64,000 bases of DNA from Harriotta raleighana (GCA_050575255.1 JBNZDD010013629.1:722877-786876); one strand, 5' to 3'. Positions 24,699-38,765 are shown, counted from the stretch's first letter. The notes: generated from the letters alone by a model not told the origin. Program-made: numbers and translations.

Positions 24699-27600
24699 CT
24701 AAAAACAAATCAGTGATTCATTTAATTACCGATTTTCACTGTTGAAAATATTCAAAACCCGGAGAGAAAAAGAATGAAGAGTTTATTATTTAGACGGCGT
24801 TGGGCATTAAAATTCTTCAAAGGGTCAATCACTTCAAATCTCCTCGTTCAACTTATTGCAAATTGCAGTATTAATCACTGCAATAAAATTTGAAACTCAC
24901 TTCTGTACAATTCATCAATAAAATCATTGCATATACATTACAATCATGGCTTATTTTCTATCAGGAATTTAAATTGCAATGCCCAACTCCGTGCATGAAT
25001 ACCTTCAGCTCATTTGCTGTTAGAGAGCAAAAGCAGAATCTTCTGCATTGTCTGTCTGAGCTAGTATTCACAAAATACAGCTCTTTACGTCGACAGCTGT
25101 CTCTTCCCCCATAAACATTAAATCAATACTGGCAGTAAAAAACGAAAACAGCAAAGCTGTCACGTTTCAAGAACAAATTTACTAGTTGTACAAAAAACAA
25201 TATGGAATTATTTTGTAATGGCTAAAAGGCATATGCATGACTACATCTCAGCTAAATACATGGAAGTCAACCAAGTCATTAATCTTAAAAGGTCAAATCT
25301 GCTTTTATTACCCCACAATGCCAATCTGTTCTGCAACTCAATGTATAGTTCCAGCAACAGGTCACATCAGGACCAGAGTGGACTGTAGCTCGCTTCAACA
25401 ACTAAAGCCTCCCATTTGGAAGCATATTCCATTATGCAATAAATTTAAAACAACCTCTAATAGTACTATGAAGCCAAGGGTTTATGGCCATTATTTGCAA
25501 TATTTCCAACCTAAATATGGTATCCAATTAGGAAATGTTTGTTGCTAAAAGTTTTTTTTATATTGATGCAGATGACAGTTTTATGATTCAGTGGAAAACT
25601 GTTGTAAAGTTCACTTTAAACACTGCTTTATTCAGCTTCAGAACCCCTCTTTTTTCCATCAGTTGGGATAACAGGAGAATCACCCAGCAATTAAAAAACC
25701 CTGTTTTATTTCCTTTCCTTTAGTGAAAATGTTGGCTAATGGGAGGTGCAATTGCCTCCTATTCCGATGCTTATCCCAACCGTGCATTTTGTGTGTGTCA
25801 TCCAAGAACAATGAGAGAAGGGACATACAAGAGTACATTCCGATCCTCATCTGACATAGATGCGTATTTTCAGCAGTTATTACAGCAAACCAATCAAAAT
25901 GTGACGCCAGTACACAGCCTGGATCGTTCACACTAATTGAGACTGCCCATTACGAATAAGCAGCCAGTGCAGACACAAACTACACATTGGCCTGCAATGC
26001 TAACTAAAATATTGTCTTATCCAAAGTTTTACTGTTAATATATTACCACATGCTAATATATTCTCTTTCGGATTCTCTGGTTCTCCAAGTGTCTCCAATT
26101 TTCTACAGCATCTCTTTTTCTTCTAATTCTCCAATAGCCATTTTCAACCCTAAACTCAGTGCCATAAGAATTCTCAACACTTGCCTTTCTTCGTGGCATA
26201 AAAAAAGTGGGTCCTTATTTGTGAAGTGGGTCAGTTTGTTAAGATTTGCACAACCTGGTTTGTTTTGGGAATGATAAGCTCAAAGCATGCCACATGCCCA
26301 AAACAGTACTGTTACCTGCATCTAACTACCGCATGGGATATAACAAAATTACATTTATAGAGCGCCTTTCACTTCGGGAGGACATCACAAGGTGCTGAAC
26401 AGTCAGGTCAGACCTGTGCAAGGGCGAGGGGCAGGCTAGGAGGGAGGGAGAGAGTTTCCAATGTGTGTCAAACACCCAGCTGACCAGAAAGAAAGTCTAG
26501 TTGTTGACAATACTTTATGCAGTTGTTGAAAATGTCTTCAACCAATGGAAGTATTTCTGCTTTAGTTTAGCAGATCACAGTTGAACGAACTTCGACTCTA
26601 AACCGGTGGGGCTGGTTTGGAGTCCAGATCAAAGTTATCCACTAAATGCGTTAAATATTTTCTTTTGTGAACAGATGGTGCATCGTGCACTTCAATCCCA
26701 CTTCAATCATTTCACTGTTAATTGTTTTTTTTAATTCTTTAGCAAATGAAATTACAAATCGACATAAAAATCACTGAAGGAGGTAATAACCACAAAATGT
26801 TCAACTGGTTTCATTGCATTGAAGTCACTTACAAAATTGGCAAGTAAACAGAAAAAACTTGTGCAGTTCGGGTTTCAGTTTATTATTTTTTGAGTATCGG
26901 TCACACATAGAAAACGTCAGGTTTTTGTCATTTTATCCAAAACCCCTAGCCCTTTTTGGTTGATCTGAACTGTAATTTCCTACATTCTCAACGTATCGAT
27001 TTAGTTTTTGCCAGACACATACCTAATTGTCCTGAATGTCATAATAATAACAATCATTCTTGTATTTCATATAGCGCCTTATCATGTCATTGAGAATATA
27101 TTGTAAAGTGAATTGACTGTAATTTGTGGGTAAAAATAAAATATCATGATATCAGTTCTCTTGAACTGATTAATGCTATTTGCTTCAATGAGTAGTTGAG
27201 CCCAGGATGCTGGACTTATTTAAGATGAAGAAACAGTTTGTTCCTGTGATGCCAGGACAGAAGGATAGGCATTCTAGAGGGTAAACCAAATGTCTGAAAA
27301 ATAAACTGCTGACTTACAAAATCTATCTTGCTCCTATAGCCATTATTTTCATGTTATGGACAGATCCTAAACAATTAATACAACAATTTACCTTCATAAT
27401 AATAATTCTTGCATTTGATAATAGTGCTATTCACGTCTTCATAACAATCCAATCGGTGTCTAATATCCTGACTGCCACTTGCTACCACTATTCTTGCAAT
27501 TCATTCTTTTGGAATAAATCCGACACAATGTGCAATGTTTGCTGTTCGTGCGTCTTTGATGGAAGTCTCTTACTTCCTGTTTGCGCCAAATCATTATTTG

Positions 27601-28703
27601 AAATAGGAAATTCATTTCAGACGAATCGAAAATGATTAATCTGCGGATTACTTTCTCGCCTTCATGCAGAGAAGACATTTTCACGAAGCAGCTTGGACTG
27701 CTAATTAACGTTCATTGTGATTGTTATTGGCTTAGTTGAAATTTATTCTCACTCAGGTTTGCTTTAGTTTAAAAATATGTATTTGTGTGATGGTTGGGAG
27801 CTTTTATTGTAACAATTTCCCCCCTTCCCCCAACTGAACCTTTTTTCATCTTATATGATTTGTTCATGTTTGTCTCAAATGGTGCATATTTTTACATATA
27901 TTTATCAAGTTAGTATTTTTAAAACATTAAACAGACAGCATGAGCTGCTTTGCATAACATAATCACATTTTTCAACTAAAAACAAGATACCAATTCTTAT
28001 TTTGCCCCCAAAATATATTCACTACACTGTACAATATATCCTGTGAAGCACTTTGAGACGTCTCGAAAACATGCTTAGGCATCATATAAAATGCAAGCAT
28101 TATTACTATTCTTAATTGATTTAAATTCATCAGGTTCCAAAATGTACTCTAGTTAGCGTCCAAAAATTAGATGCTTTTTGTTTACTATTTTTAAATACTT
28201 TTACCAGATTTTTTCCAATTGTATTTTGGGGCAGGGGGAGAAGGTAAACAAGGTCTCCTTGGAGCTGAACTGCTTCGAGGTGACATCCCTTGGCATCAGA
28301 ATGTCGGAGTCTAGTCAATCTTCTGTGGTAGTCTCAATAGTCCAGTATCTGAGCCAGCCTATTCCACTCGATGACAGACCGGGAAACCTGCACCTTTATT
28401 CAAATGTGTGATTTAAAGATCTCGGTATTTACATTGTTCTTCAGTAATATTTGCATTAACAGCCCGGAAATTATTTGAATACAACTTAGTCAAGCTGTAT
28501 ATCCAGTTCCAAGTCACCGTCCAGCGTGACGGGCACTATATAAACGCAAGTCGTTGTTGTTGTTTCCGCTAAATGGAAATGCTGCACTGTCTCTAAATCT
28601 CTTTGTCAAACAAAGTAAGATTCTTTTCTTTTTTTAAAACATACACTGAACATAAGGAAGTAAAGGTCAAACAAGAACAAACAGAAGCAAAGCCACACCT
28701 TAC

Positions 28704-28867
28704 CTGAGTGAATGAGCATGTGCTGTTTGAGGTTCTGAATGCGAGTGAAGCGGGCACCACATGTGGGACACTGGAAAGGTTTGTCCGGGCCATTTGGACT
28801 TGGTCTTTCTGTGCCGCTGGTTGATGGGTTGATATACAGCTGGTACGAGTACTGGCCACTCTCCAAT
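28704..28867 (-). CDS. ZBTB44: ZBTB44 exon 4, C2H2 zinc finger 1
   Basis: LESGQYSYQLYINPSTSGTERPSPNGPDKPFQCPTCGARFTRIQNLKQHMLIHS(G). Acceptor ttccgtag, donor G|GTAAGG. Confidence 0.95.
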
Positions 28868-29065
28868 CTACGGAATCAGGAAATCAATTGAAAAATGTAA
28901 TCCAAGGATTATTGATCCTAATAATCTATTTATTCTACTGTATTTGGTTACAGGTCAATACAGGTTTTCACAAGATAAACTGAAGATCCTAACTAGAAAT
29001 AGTGTTGAAATAGCTGGAGGGAGCATAAAAACAATCACACTTGATTGAAGCAGATGCATTTTCTT

Positions 29066-29569
29066 CGAGATCACATCACTCCCACCCTCGCCCGTCTCCA
29101 CTGGCTCCCCATCCCCCAGAGGATCGAATTCAAGTTCCTCATCCTTACCTACAAGGCCATTCACGGCCTTGCTCCCTCCTACCTCTCCGACCTACTATCC
29201 CCCTATCTACCTGCCCGTATTCTCCGTTCCTCTGGCTCTGGTCTGCTCCACATCCCCTGCCCTAACCGTCCTACCATCGGCGGTCGGGCTTTCAGCCGCT
29301 CAGCCCCCAGGCTCTGGAACTCCATCCCCCAGTGCCTTCGCCTCGCTTCCTCCCTTTCCTCTTTCAAGGCTGGTCTCAAGACCTTTCTCTTCGACCGTGC
29401 CTTCAGCTCCTCTTGTGTCTCTACCCCCTCCTTGCTCCCACCCTCCCACCACCCCCCTTGCCCTGAACATTTCCCCCTGCTCGGGTCTTAAACCAACTGT
29501 CCAGCGCCTTGGGACGTCCTCCTGACGTGAAACGCGCTCTATAAATGTAATTTTGTTGTTGTTGTTGTT
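29066..29569 (+). mobile_element. L2-clade LINE 3' fragment
   Basis: Encodes RDHITPTLARLHWLPIPQRIEFKFLILTYKAIHGLAPSYLSDLL...GGRAFSRSAPRLWNSIP...FKAGLKTFLF (typical L2 ORF2 C-terminus), followed by a stem-loop tail (AGCGCCTT...) and (TTG)n. Confidence 0.92.
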
Positions 29570-30074
29570 TCTAGCAACTTTTCAGCTAAATGCATCCTTA
29601 TCTGAGGCCACAGATATGTTGAATTGGATTAAAAAAAGATTAGCAGAATAACAACAACAAATTACACTTGCACAGTACCTTTCATGCCAGGAGGAAGTCC
29701 CAAAGCGCTGGACAGTCAGGGATCCGTACCCAAGCTTGTGGTTTGGATCAGGAGGGGTAGAGGCGGGGAGGGTAGGAGTAATAATAATAAACCTTGTGCT
29801 CTGAAATGCCGCCCGGCGTGGAAGGCGCTATATAAATCAAAGTTGATGTTGTTGTAATAATCCTTGCATTTGATATAGGGCTTTTCATGTCTTCTAGACG
29901 TCTCAAAGCGCTTCACAGAATATACTGTAAAGTGAATTGACAGCCATTTTGTGCACAGCAGTGTTCAGTAAACATTCATGGATTTATTATTGTTTTTTTC
30001 GAAAGGATTATTACCAGGCGTATTATCAGGAGTAAGGAAACTTGTCCAAGGTTTCACCCTGATCTGAGTAGGAG

Positions 30075-30310
30075 GGTGACCGAAGGCAGTGTAAACATGG
30101 AAGGTCTTGAGACAGGTCTTGAAGGAGCAGAAGAAAGGGGCAAGTGGGGGGAGGGTTTGAGGGAGACTTCCAGAGTTTGCAGGCTTAGTGGCCAAAGACA
30201 CAACCACCAATGGTGGAAAGGAGGGAGAAACAGGAGGCCAGAGCCAGCTGAGCGGAGGCAGTGGATGGCGGAGTGCAGGGTAAACAGGTCGGAAAGGTAG
30301 GGAGGTGCGA
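30075..30310 (-). mobile_element. Degraded L2 fragment
   Basis: Reverse-complement similarity to the element at 29066 (FKTCLKTF region). Confidence 0.65.
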
Positions 30311-30438
30311 GGGAATATTGTTGATTTCGAAAGATATGTTGAAATGATTTTTTTTAAAATGATTATTGCTATAATATATGGCACAGTGTTAATATTAATT
30401 TATTTCCAAAAGAAATTTTTAAGTATAAATATAGTTAC

Positions 30439-30523
30439 CTATCGTCATCATCAGGGTGAGTGTTGGCACCAGAAGTGCCTTGGAGCGTTGGCAGCCCTTC
30501 TGTAACACCTTCATCAATTGATC
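30439..30523 (-). CDS. ZBTB44: ZBTB44 exon 3
   Basis: (G)SIDEGVTEGLPTLQGTSGANTHPDDDD(R). Acceptor ttaccttaaaag, donor AG|GTAACT; phases fit both neighbouring exons. Confidence 0.93.
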
Positions 30524-31614
30524 CTTTTAAGGTAAAAAGGAAACGATGTTGGAACATTTCGGAAGTCTTATTACTTACAGTTCCCACCTCAACATACCGA
30601 CCATGCATGTTGCATTGTGAGCAGCCCTTTCCTACAATGTGCATAGCCAATTGAAGTTTAATAACTTTTCCGTCAGTACATACGTAATTCATGGCAGTGT
30701 GAAACACAGCAGGTTTCAAATTTATCCGAATTAACTAGAAGGTAAGAAAGTAAAAAGTACAATGGAATCTGAAATTCACTGGCAGATTTACACCAGTGTC
30801 AGTTCTAAGTGTAATAATAATGCATCTGCATTAGTCCATGACATTTCTTTAAACGGGAGAGAAATAAGATGGGGAGAGAAGGAAATTGAGATTAGGAAAG
30901 TTAAAAAAACAATGCTGGACAGATATATTGGTAAATTCAGTCAATATGATACTACAGCTGCTAAAGGAGGTGATGGAAACAAACAAATGAGACCCGTGTA
31001 CAGTTAATCACCATTTGTCTTCTGCAAGATTTCATCATTTATATAAATACTCACAAACGTGATTTAAAAGACTTGTTCCTGATTAACAGAATATGATTCA
31101 CCATTTTGTAAATTTTTTTTTTTTTTTAATCACAAATAGTCATTTAAAATATTGGCTAGGTTGAACAGATTGCAGCTGCAGCTATTACAAACACCTGCAG
31201 TTTGACCCAATTTCAAAAGCAACTCAAGGTACATTTGACGAACAAACACAAGAGAGTCTCTTTCATATCCGACACTGAAACTATCCTGGAGGCAGACAGA
31301 CTACATATGCTTAACTAGAGGTGCACTAGGGGTGAAACAAAGGTGTATCATTCAACATTGTTTAAAAAAACATTAAAATGTTTATGCAGCACATAGTGCT
31401 ACCGACAAAGCATTAACTATTCACCATTAAAATGCGAGCCTTAATTCTTGGATTGCCACTTAATAGCTCATTGAGTAATCAATGACAAAATGTGACAGGT
31501 CAAATTTTTAAATAATACTGAATTTATAAAATATTCCATTATCGTTTCACCATTCCACATAGTGGTAAACTAATCCTATCTGTTATGCGCATCAAAAGGT
31601 TCACTGATACCTAC

Positions 31615-32623
31615 CAATGGAGGATGACTGGGGACTGATCAGTAGATCTTCCTGAGCCTGTTCACTACCTGGTACAGTTTGGTGGTCACTCAGGGAGCTT
31701 TGGGAAGCACTGACAGGTTGTGAAACCTCCTCGTGAGCTTCGTCATCACTTAACCGTTCAACTTTGATCCGCACGTCGTCTTCCATCGTTGGGGGTGACG
31801 TTTTTGTACTCTCACAATTAGTGTATTCAGGCATTCTCCCAGATACCTCTGTGCTTGCAGTCTGTTCTAAGGCTCTAACACCTTCTGTCTGTTTAGATTT
31901 ATCTGTTTGGGTCCGGCGATCAGTGCCCAGAGGATAGGTCCATTGAAACGACAAAGAGGAGTCTACGGGTTGTTGGGTCCTGGCATCCGAAAAGGTTACA
32001 GAGGGATTAATGGCTTGTGATGAATTCGGCTGCACTGCAGATTCGGTGGGACTCTCGGGGGAAACCATGATGAAATTCTTTCGTTTCCTGCGCGATTCTC
32101 TGGGCTTGTTTTTTTCCACAGAACTACAGTCCGATGATACTGGAGATAGACTGTCATCGTGGGACTGAATGATGCAAGCTCCACTGGTCTCTGGGGGAAG
32201 TGAGGGGACTGGTCCTGGCTGACTACTGTTTGTGTTCCACAGGATACTTGATTTCATGAACTCCGAACAAGTGTTTGCGACGTGGAACATCTGCATATAG
32301 CTTGCAGCAGCCAAAACATCAATAATATTCTCTGTATTGATCGCAAGAGTAGCGGTGTACGCATACTCCAACAGTGGTGAAAATCCACTCATGGTAACAT
32401 GATTCAAATCCAAAATGCATTCTTCTCCATCTGATTGCGTGATAAGTTTTGCCCTGAAGAACTCGCTGCAAGCAGCAAGAACTACTTTGTGGGCCCTGAA
32501 GACCTTGTCCTGGACCCGAATAGTTACATCGCAGAACTGTCCTTCATTGCGGAGTTTGTTTAATTTCCCCAGCAACTCTTGGCCGTGGACTGGAGAATTG
32601 TGTGTAAATGATCTCACACCCAT
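31615..32623 (-). CDS. ZBTB44: ZBTB44 first coding exon (exon 2): BTB/POZ domain and linker
   Basis: Translates MGVRSFTHNSPVHGQELLGKLNKLRNEGQFCDVTIRVQDKVFRAHKVVLAACS...EDLLISPQSSSIG, closely matching vertebrate ZBTB44 as I recall it. ATG at 32623, acceptor ttcctttag just before 32670 (47 nt of 5'UTR in this exon), donor G|GTAGGT at 31615. Confidence 0.96.
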
Positions 32624-34543
32624 TATTTGTTGCCTGTTCCGTATTCGATTATACTCTAGCAACCGCAACCCTAAAGGAAACAAAATGTGTAATATTTATT
32701 TCAAGGTTGTCATTTCATTTTTACTCATTTCTAGAAGATACAGTTGAGTAAACCAACTACGTAATTGGAATATGTACACAAAGTGGTTATTATTAACCAA
32801 GACCTAAACAATTTCTAACTTTGACAATATATAGTAAATGGCAGGCAAATATCTTTTGATCTTTTAAAATTATTTGACTTCTTTTAATTACAGAACCATA
32901 AATACAATTTTGTTAAAGCAGGTGATAGATAGTTATCTAAACTATATTTCTAGTAGACAATTATATATCTATATATACTATATATATATATATATTCCAC
33001 ATATTACAGTTTATTCAGCTGAATAACTCCTGAGCAATTTTATGTAAGGTTTACTGTGGAGCTTGGGTAGGTGACAAAATATAAAGAGATGCAAACATAA
33101 GATCAGAGTTTTCAGAATGAAAGCTTTCAAGTGCACCAACTCCTCCCTTTGAAAATAAATCTCTCCCAACTCCCATTTTACATTCTGGTTCGCATTTCAT
33201 CCCTTCTAAGTTTTATACTACGCATTCTTAATAACAGCTTTAATGGAGATCACCCACCTTCTGGTTGTTAAACCAATGTTCCTGGTGAGACATTTGCTGA
33301 AATATACATTCAAACACTTTGAGGCGTACAATTTATCCAAAAATGCAGGGCTGTATAACAGAAAATGCAGTAAAACAAAAGTTATGGGTATGTAAAATGC
33401 ATATTACAGTATCATGAATTGAATGTTGAAGTGCCTGCTGATGTAGGAGAGAAATATATCGATAAAATGAACATTTCCAATTACTGCAAGTGGCAACTTT
33501 AATCAGTATTTGATTTTCTCTGGAAATTTTTTATGTCCAAATATCAACATTTTGATTTTCTACTCCATGTCTCCCCTGCTTTCCTGGAAGTGTTTGATTG
33601 CCCCCATTTTATGCTATTGAAATGTAGTTCTATTAACATTGGGTGCTCTTTCTAAATAACCCATTCAACATCGGTGATCTTTAGTCAGGAAAAGTGTCAG
33701 CAGGTAATTCAGCTGGAGAGGATGAGGATCGCAACAAAACCTGATCCTCTCTTTACCTGAAGTCCATCTCCAGCAGCAATCAGGTCACCTGGCCGACAGT
33801 TCTTTCTCAAAACTAACCCTGACACTGACGCTTCCCTAGTTAGAACAGAAATGGAAACTAGGAAACTAATGGAAACCAGCGCCGTGGGACGTTCTCCTGA
33901 CGTGAAAGACGCTATACAACTGTAACTTTGTCATTGTTTAGGACTTTCCCAGCGTAATTCAAGGTACTGTACTCACTAAATAAACTTGTCCATCACGGGG
34001 AGTTGTTCGAAATAAACTTTGAATATTCAACCTATTGTTGTAATTCTAAATCTCAAATATTTTTCAGTGCAATAATATAATATACAGATAGTTTACCCTG
34101 AACCCCGTCCTGTACTTTCAATAAACAGAATCAATGATTTCAGAAAAGTTACAAAGTCATTTTTGGTTGGTGATTGATATGAAATAATATACTCGGGGAT
34201 ATATACAATACTATATATAATTTCATTTCAAATTCTTCTGACCAAACTGGCTAATTATTACAGTAGATAATAATTAGATACTGTTCTATGCAATGCCAAT
34301 GCTAATTATTGATCAGCCAGTAGAAATCATGCATTGTAGTGTATTTATTTACTTAACACACTAGAACACTTGCACAAGTTATCTGAGTAAATAATTTGTG
34401 GTTGTGTGTGCTTCTAATGAATCTACGTGGTATATATAATCAGTAGACTTCAAAGTAGCTCATTGTGTGAAGCACTTAGATATACAAAAACAAAATTTCA
34501 TTTGTAAAGCAACTTTCACATTGGGAGGATGTCCCATCATGTA

Positions 34544-35333
34544 CAGTAAACCTTGTTTATCCGTGATTCGAATCAACCGCCATCTCAAAATTCAATGAAC
34601 CGGAAGTTATCCGGCGATGCGTTTAATGTCGGGTCTAAACTCGCTCCTGCTTTTAAAAGTCGCGTTTTTTTTGCCTCGTTTGGATGAGTGCCTGCCGTTG
34701 GGATGTTAAGTATACATTCCATAATAAATACTGCTGCAGGTAGTGGCCAGAGAGAGAGGGAGGGAGGGAGCAGGGGGTGAATGGAAGAAACGGAGAGAGG
34801 GTGGTGGGGGAATGGAGGGAACCGAGAGGGCGGGGGGTTGAGGGAGAGACAGAGAAAGAGAGAAGGGGGGAATGAGAGATGGGGGAACGGGAGATAGAGA
34901 GATGGGGGAAAGCATAATGGAGTGAGAGAAAGAGAGAGAGTAATGGCAGGCAGGTTGATGCAGAGAAAGGAAGGCGAGGAAAGAGAGGAGGTGAGGTTTG
35001 TGGACAGAATTTATATGATAGATTCATACTGAATATCTTTGAGGGTCTGTGTCTGTCTGTGTGTGTGTGTTGGCCATCAATCAGGTCTAAACTCGTTGCT
35101 TTTTAAAGTCGCGTTTTGTTTTACCTCCGTCGAATCAGTGCTGCAATTGCAAAGTTAACTATAAATAATAATGTACTAATAGAATATTCTGTTATTATTT
35201 AGTCTATTATTAATATGGCATGAGTTAAAATAATTGTAAATTAAAAAAAAAAATTAAAACCCGTTCAACAGGAAAAAACGTTTAACCGTCACTGGCCAGG
35301 TCCCCTGGGTGCCGGATAAACGGGGTTTTACTG
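34544..35333 (+). mobile_element. Same MITE family, copy 3
   Basis: TA-CAGTAAACCTTGTTTATCCG ... CGGATAAACGGGGTTTTACTG-TA; collinear with copy 1. Confidence 0.87.
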
Positions 35334-36517
35334 TATAGCTTTGCTTATAAAAGCAGTCAGTACACTTTACAAAATTAAACCTGTTCATTTCACTTTGAAA
35401 CATTCTGCCAGTTTGAATTACCAATTGCAGGGTCCATTATTTTCACTATTTACAATGCATGTGTAACAGGTCAAAAGTTGGCAGCATGTTAATGAAGTCA
35501 ACAACCCTTTTAACTGCAAGCCTGCCAGAAATACACACTAGGCTGTTCTCCAACTCTAGTATCATGATTTTTTTTAACTGCATTAATAATTAATGCTGTT
35601 TTTAAAAAACGTCAACAATCCCAATTCACACACAATATAAATCACTAAATTCTTTTATCGTAGCCAATGGTTAAAACGTGAAAGTGGACAGAAAATGTTT
35701 TCAGACCAATGGTAATACGGAATGCAATTAACTGCAAAAAAAAAAACATCTTTCACATGGGGAGAACATCCTAGGGCACTGGACAGTCAGTTGTACCTGA
35801 GTTGAGGGGTTTTGAATCAAGAGGTGTAGAGAATAATAATAAGCCTTATAATCCTTGCAGTTTGATACAGCGCTTTTCACATCTTCTAGTCGTCTCACAG
35901 AAGCATTTCACAGAACATACTGTAAAGCGAATTGATTGTATATATGTGGGCAAAACGGATGACCCAAGGCATGGTCAAACAAGAAAGTCTTAAGATGGGT
36001 CTTGATGAGGTGAGCGAGCGGTCGAGACAGAGGGATGGGGTGGAGTTCAAGGGGATAAAGGGCAGTCCGGCTTCCCCTTCAAGACGAACTGCAGAATTAG
36101 CCCAGAGGCTTGCTTAGGGCGACTGACGGAGAGGGCCACATAAGACTCTCCCACCCGCCCACTCATACAATCACACGCAAGTACACATACGCACACAGCC
36201 GCATACGCAACAACGACCCAAATTACATTTGTATAGCACCTTTCATGTCGGGAGCAGGTTGCAAAGTGCTAAACGCATGCACACATACATACATGCATAT
36301 GCACACGAACACAGATACACGCCTAACAACTATCCCTAAAAAAAATTGGTCATTTCAATCCACGACTGTTTGTGGGACGCTGCCGTGCGCAATTAGCTGC
36401 TGCGTTTTACCCATAAATATACAGTCAATTAACTTTACAGTATATTCTGTGAAGCACTTTAAGACGTCCAGAATACGTGAAAAGCGCTGTATCAAATGCA
36501 AAGATTATCATTATTAT

Positions 36518-37040
36518 ATACATACGTGCGCACACTCAAAATGCACACACGTACGCATATGCACATGTACATACAAATCAGACGCACATGCACGCACAGC
36601 CCATGTACACACGCAGCCCATGTACACATGTCTACAGACCAATACAAGTACATACACATCCACACACAGACACATGTACACACTCGGACATACACAAACA
36701 CAGGTACACACAAACAGACACAGGTACACACACACAGACATACATACACAGAGATGCATGTAAACACACACACACAGACATACATAGATACACACAGACA
36801 TACACACAGACGCATGTACACACACACACAGACATACACAGATACACACAGACATACACAGTGATGCATGTAAACACACTCACAGACATACACACAGATG
36901 CATGTACACACAGACATACAGATACACACACAGACATACACACACAGAGATGCATGTAAACACACACACTCACAGACGCATGTCCACACATAGACATTTG
37001 TACACACACACAAACATACACACTCACCTCACACACACAT
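36518..37040. repeat. CA-rich low-complexity/minisatellite tract
   Basis: Degenerate repeats of cacagacatacacacagagatgcatgtaaa. Confidence 0.9.
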
Positions 37041-38190
37041 ATGTATATTAGACACTATATTGTATTATATCTATACCTGTTGGCTACGGTGTGTGTGAAC
37101 GACCCCGAGACCCACCCCCCCCACCTCCCTCACCCCACATACAGCCCCCACACACCCCCACCTCCCTCACTCCACANNNNNNNNNNNNNNNNNNNNNNNN
37201 NNNNNNNNNNNNNNNNNNNNNNNNNNNNNNNNNNNNNNNNNNNNNNNNNNNNNNNNNNNNNNNNNNNNNNNNNNNNNNNNNNNNNNNNNNNNNNNNNNNN
37301 NNNNNNNNNNNNNNNNNNNNNNNNNNNNNNNNNNNNNNNNNNNNNNNNNNNNNNNNNNNNNNNNNNNNNNNNNNNNNNNNNNNNNNNNNNNNNNNNNNNN
37401 NNNNNNNNNNNNNNNNNNNNNNNNNNNNNNNNNNNNNNNNNNNNNNNNNNNNNNNNNNNNNNNNNNNNNNNNNNNNNNNNNNNNNNNNNNNNNNNNNNNN
37501 NNNNNNNNNNNNNNNNNNNNNNNNNNNNNNNNNNNNNNNNNNNNNNNNNNNNNNNNNNNNNNNNNNNNNNNNNNNNNNNNNNNNNNNNNNNNNNNNNNNN
37601 NNNNNNNNNNNNNNNNNNNNNNNNNNNNNNNNNNNNNNNNNNNNNNNNNNNNNNNNNNNNNNNNNNNNNNNNNNNNNNNNNNNNNNNNNNNNNNNNNNNN
37701 NNNNNNNNNNNNNNNNNNNNNNNNNNNNNNNNNNNNNNGTGAGTGTGAGTCTGAGTGAGTGCTTAGAATTAATTGAACAGCCGAAAAGAGTGGGGTGGGG
37801 GCGGGGGGGGGGGGGGGGAGAGAGAAACCGAGGGCCTTCCCTCCCTGTCAGGGGGTGGGGGTGGGGGTGAGGGTCTGGCCTCCCGCTCAGGCCTCCCTCC
37901 CTCCCCTGGGTTGTGTGTGTGTGTATGTGCCCCTCCCCCTCACGGTGTGTGTGTGTGTGTGTGTAAGTGTGTGTGTGTGTGTGTGAGGGTAGTCTCTCAC
38001 CGTNGGGGGGGGGGGGGGAGAGAGAAACCGAGGGCCTTCCCTCCCTGTCAGGGGGTGGGGGTGGGGGTGAGGGTCTGGCCTCCCGCTCAGGCCTCCCTCC
38101 CTCCCCTGGGTTGTGTGTGTGTGTATGTGCCCCTCCCCCTCACGGTGTGTGTGTGTGTGTAAGTGTGTGTGTGTGAGGGTAGTCTCTCAC

Positions 38191-38390
38191 CGTAGCTGGA
38201 GCTGCCGCTGCCCCCTCTCTCCCCCCCTCTCTCTCTCTCTGTCACCCTCTGTGTCTCTGTGTGTGTCACGGTCTGTGTCTCTCTCCCTGTCTGGCCGCCG
38301 CTGTCTCCACAGACCCCAAACGGCCGTTTGTTTTGTTCCCGGCAGCCACCGCGCCCACACCCGCCAACTGTCACTCAACCCCGCGGGGGG
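38191..38390 (-). other. ZBTB44: Probable non-coding exon 1 of ZBTB44
   Basis: CpG/GC-rich segment ending in a good donor (ACG|GTGAGA) at 38191, upstream of the exon-2 acceptor. The 5' end is hidden by the gap at 38399-38480. Confidence 0.55.
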
Positions 38391-38480
38391 GGGGGGGGNN
38401 NNNNNNNNNNNNNNNNNNNNNNNNNNNNNNNNNNNNNNNNNNNNNNNNNNNNNNNNNNNNNNNNNNNNNNNNNNNNNNNN

Positions 38481-38765
38481 GGGGGGGGGGGGGGGGGGGA
38501 GGGGCCAGAGCTAGACTGGGGAGGGGCCATACTGAGGGGGCGTGGCCAGGGCGACAGTGAGGGTAGGAGACTGGGGGGAGGGGCCAGGGCTAGACTGGGG
38601 AGGGGCCAGGGCGGGAGTGAGGGAAGGAGACTGGGGGGAGGGGCCAGGACTAGACAGGGGAGGGGCCATACTGAGGGGGAGGGGCCAGGGCTAGACTTGA
38701 GGAGTGAGGGGGAGGAGCTATAGTTAGAGAGGCGGGGCTACAGGGAGAGGGGGGGGCGGGCTCAC
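38481..38765 (-). promoter_or_regulatory. GC-rich promoter region of ZBTB44 with G-rich tandem repeats and GC boxes
   Basis: Repeated GGGGAGGGGCCAGGGCTAGACT-like units plus GGCGGGGC and GGGGGCGGG (Sp/KLF-type) motifs directly upstream of the putative exon 1. Confidence 0.5.

Noticed and set aside
36110-37036. Multiple overlapping His/Thr-rich or Val/Cys-rich ORFs
   Set aside because: Translation of CA/TG low-complexity sequence and a SINE fragment.
37803-38193. About 200-bp tandem duplication containing the putative exon-1 donor
   Set aside because: The copies are separated by a single N (38004), the signature of an unmerged contig overlap.
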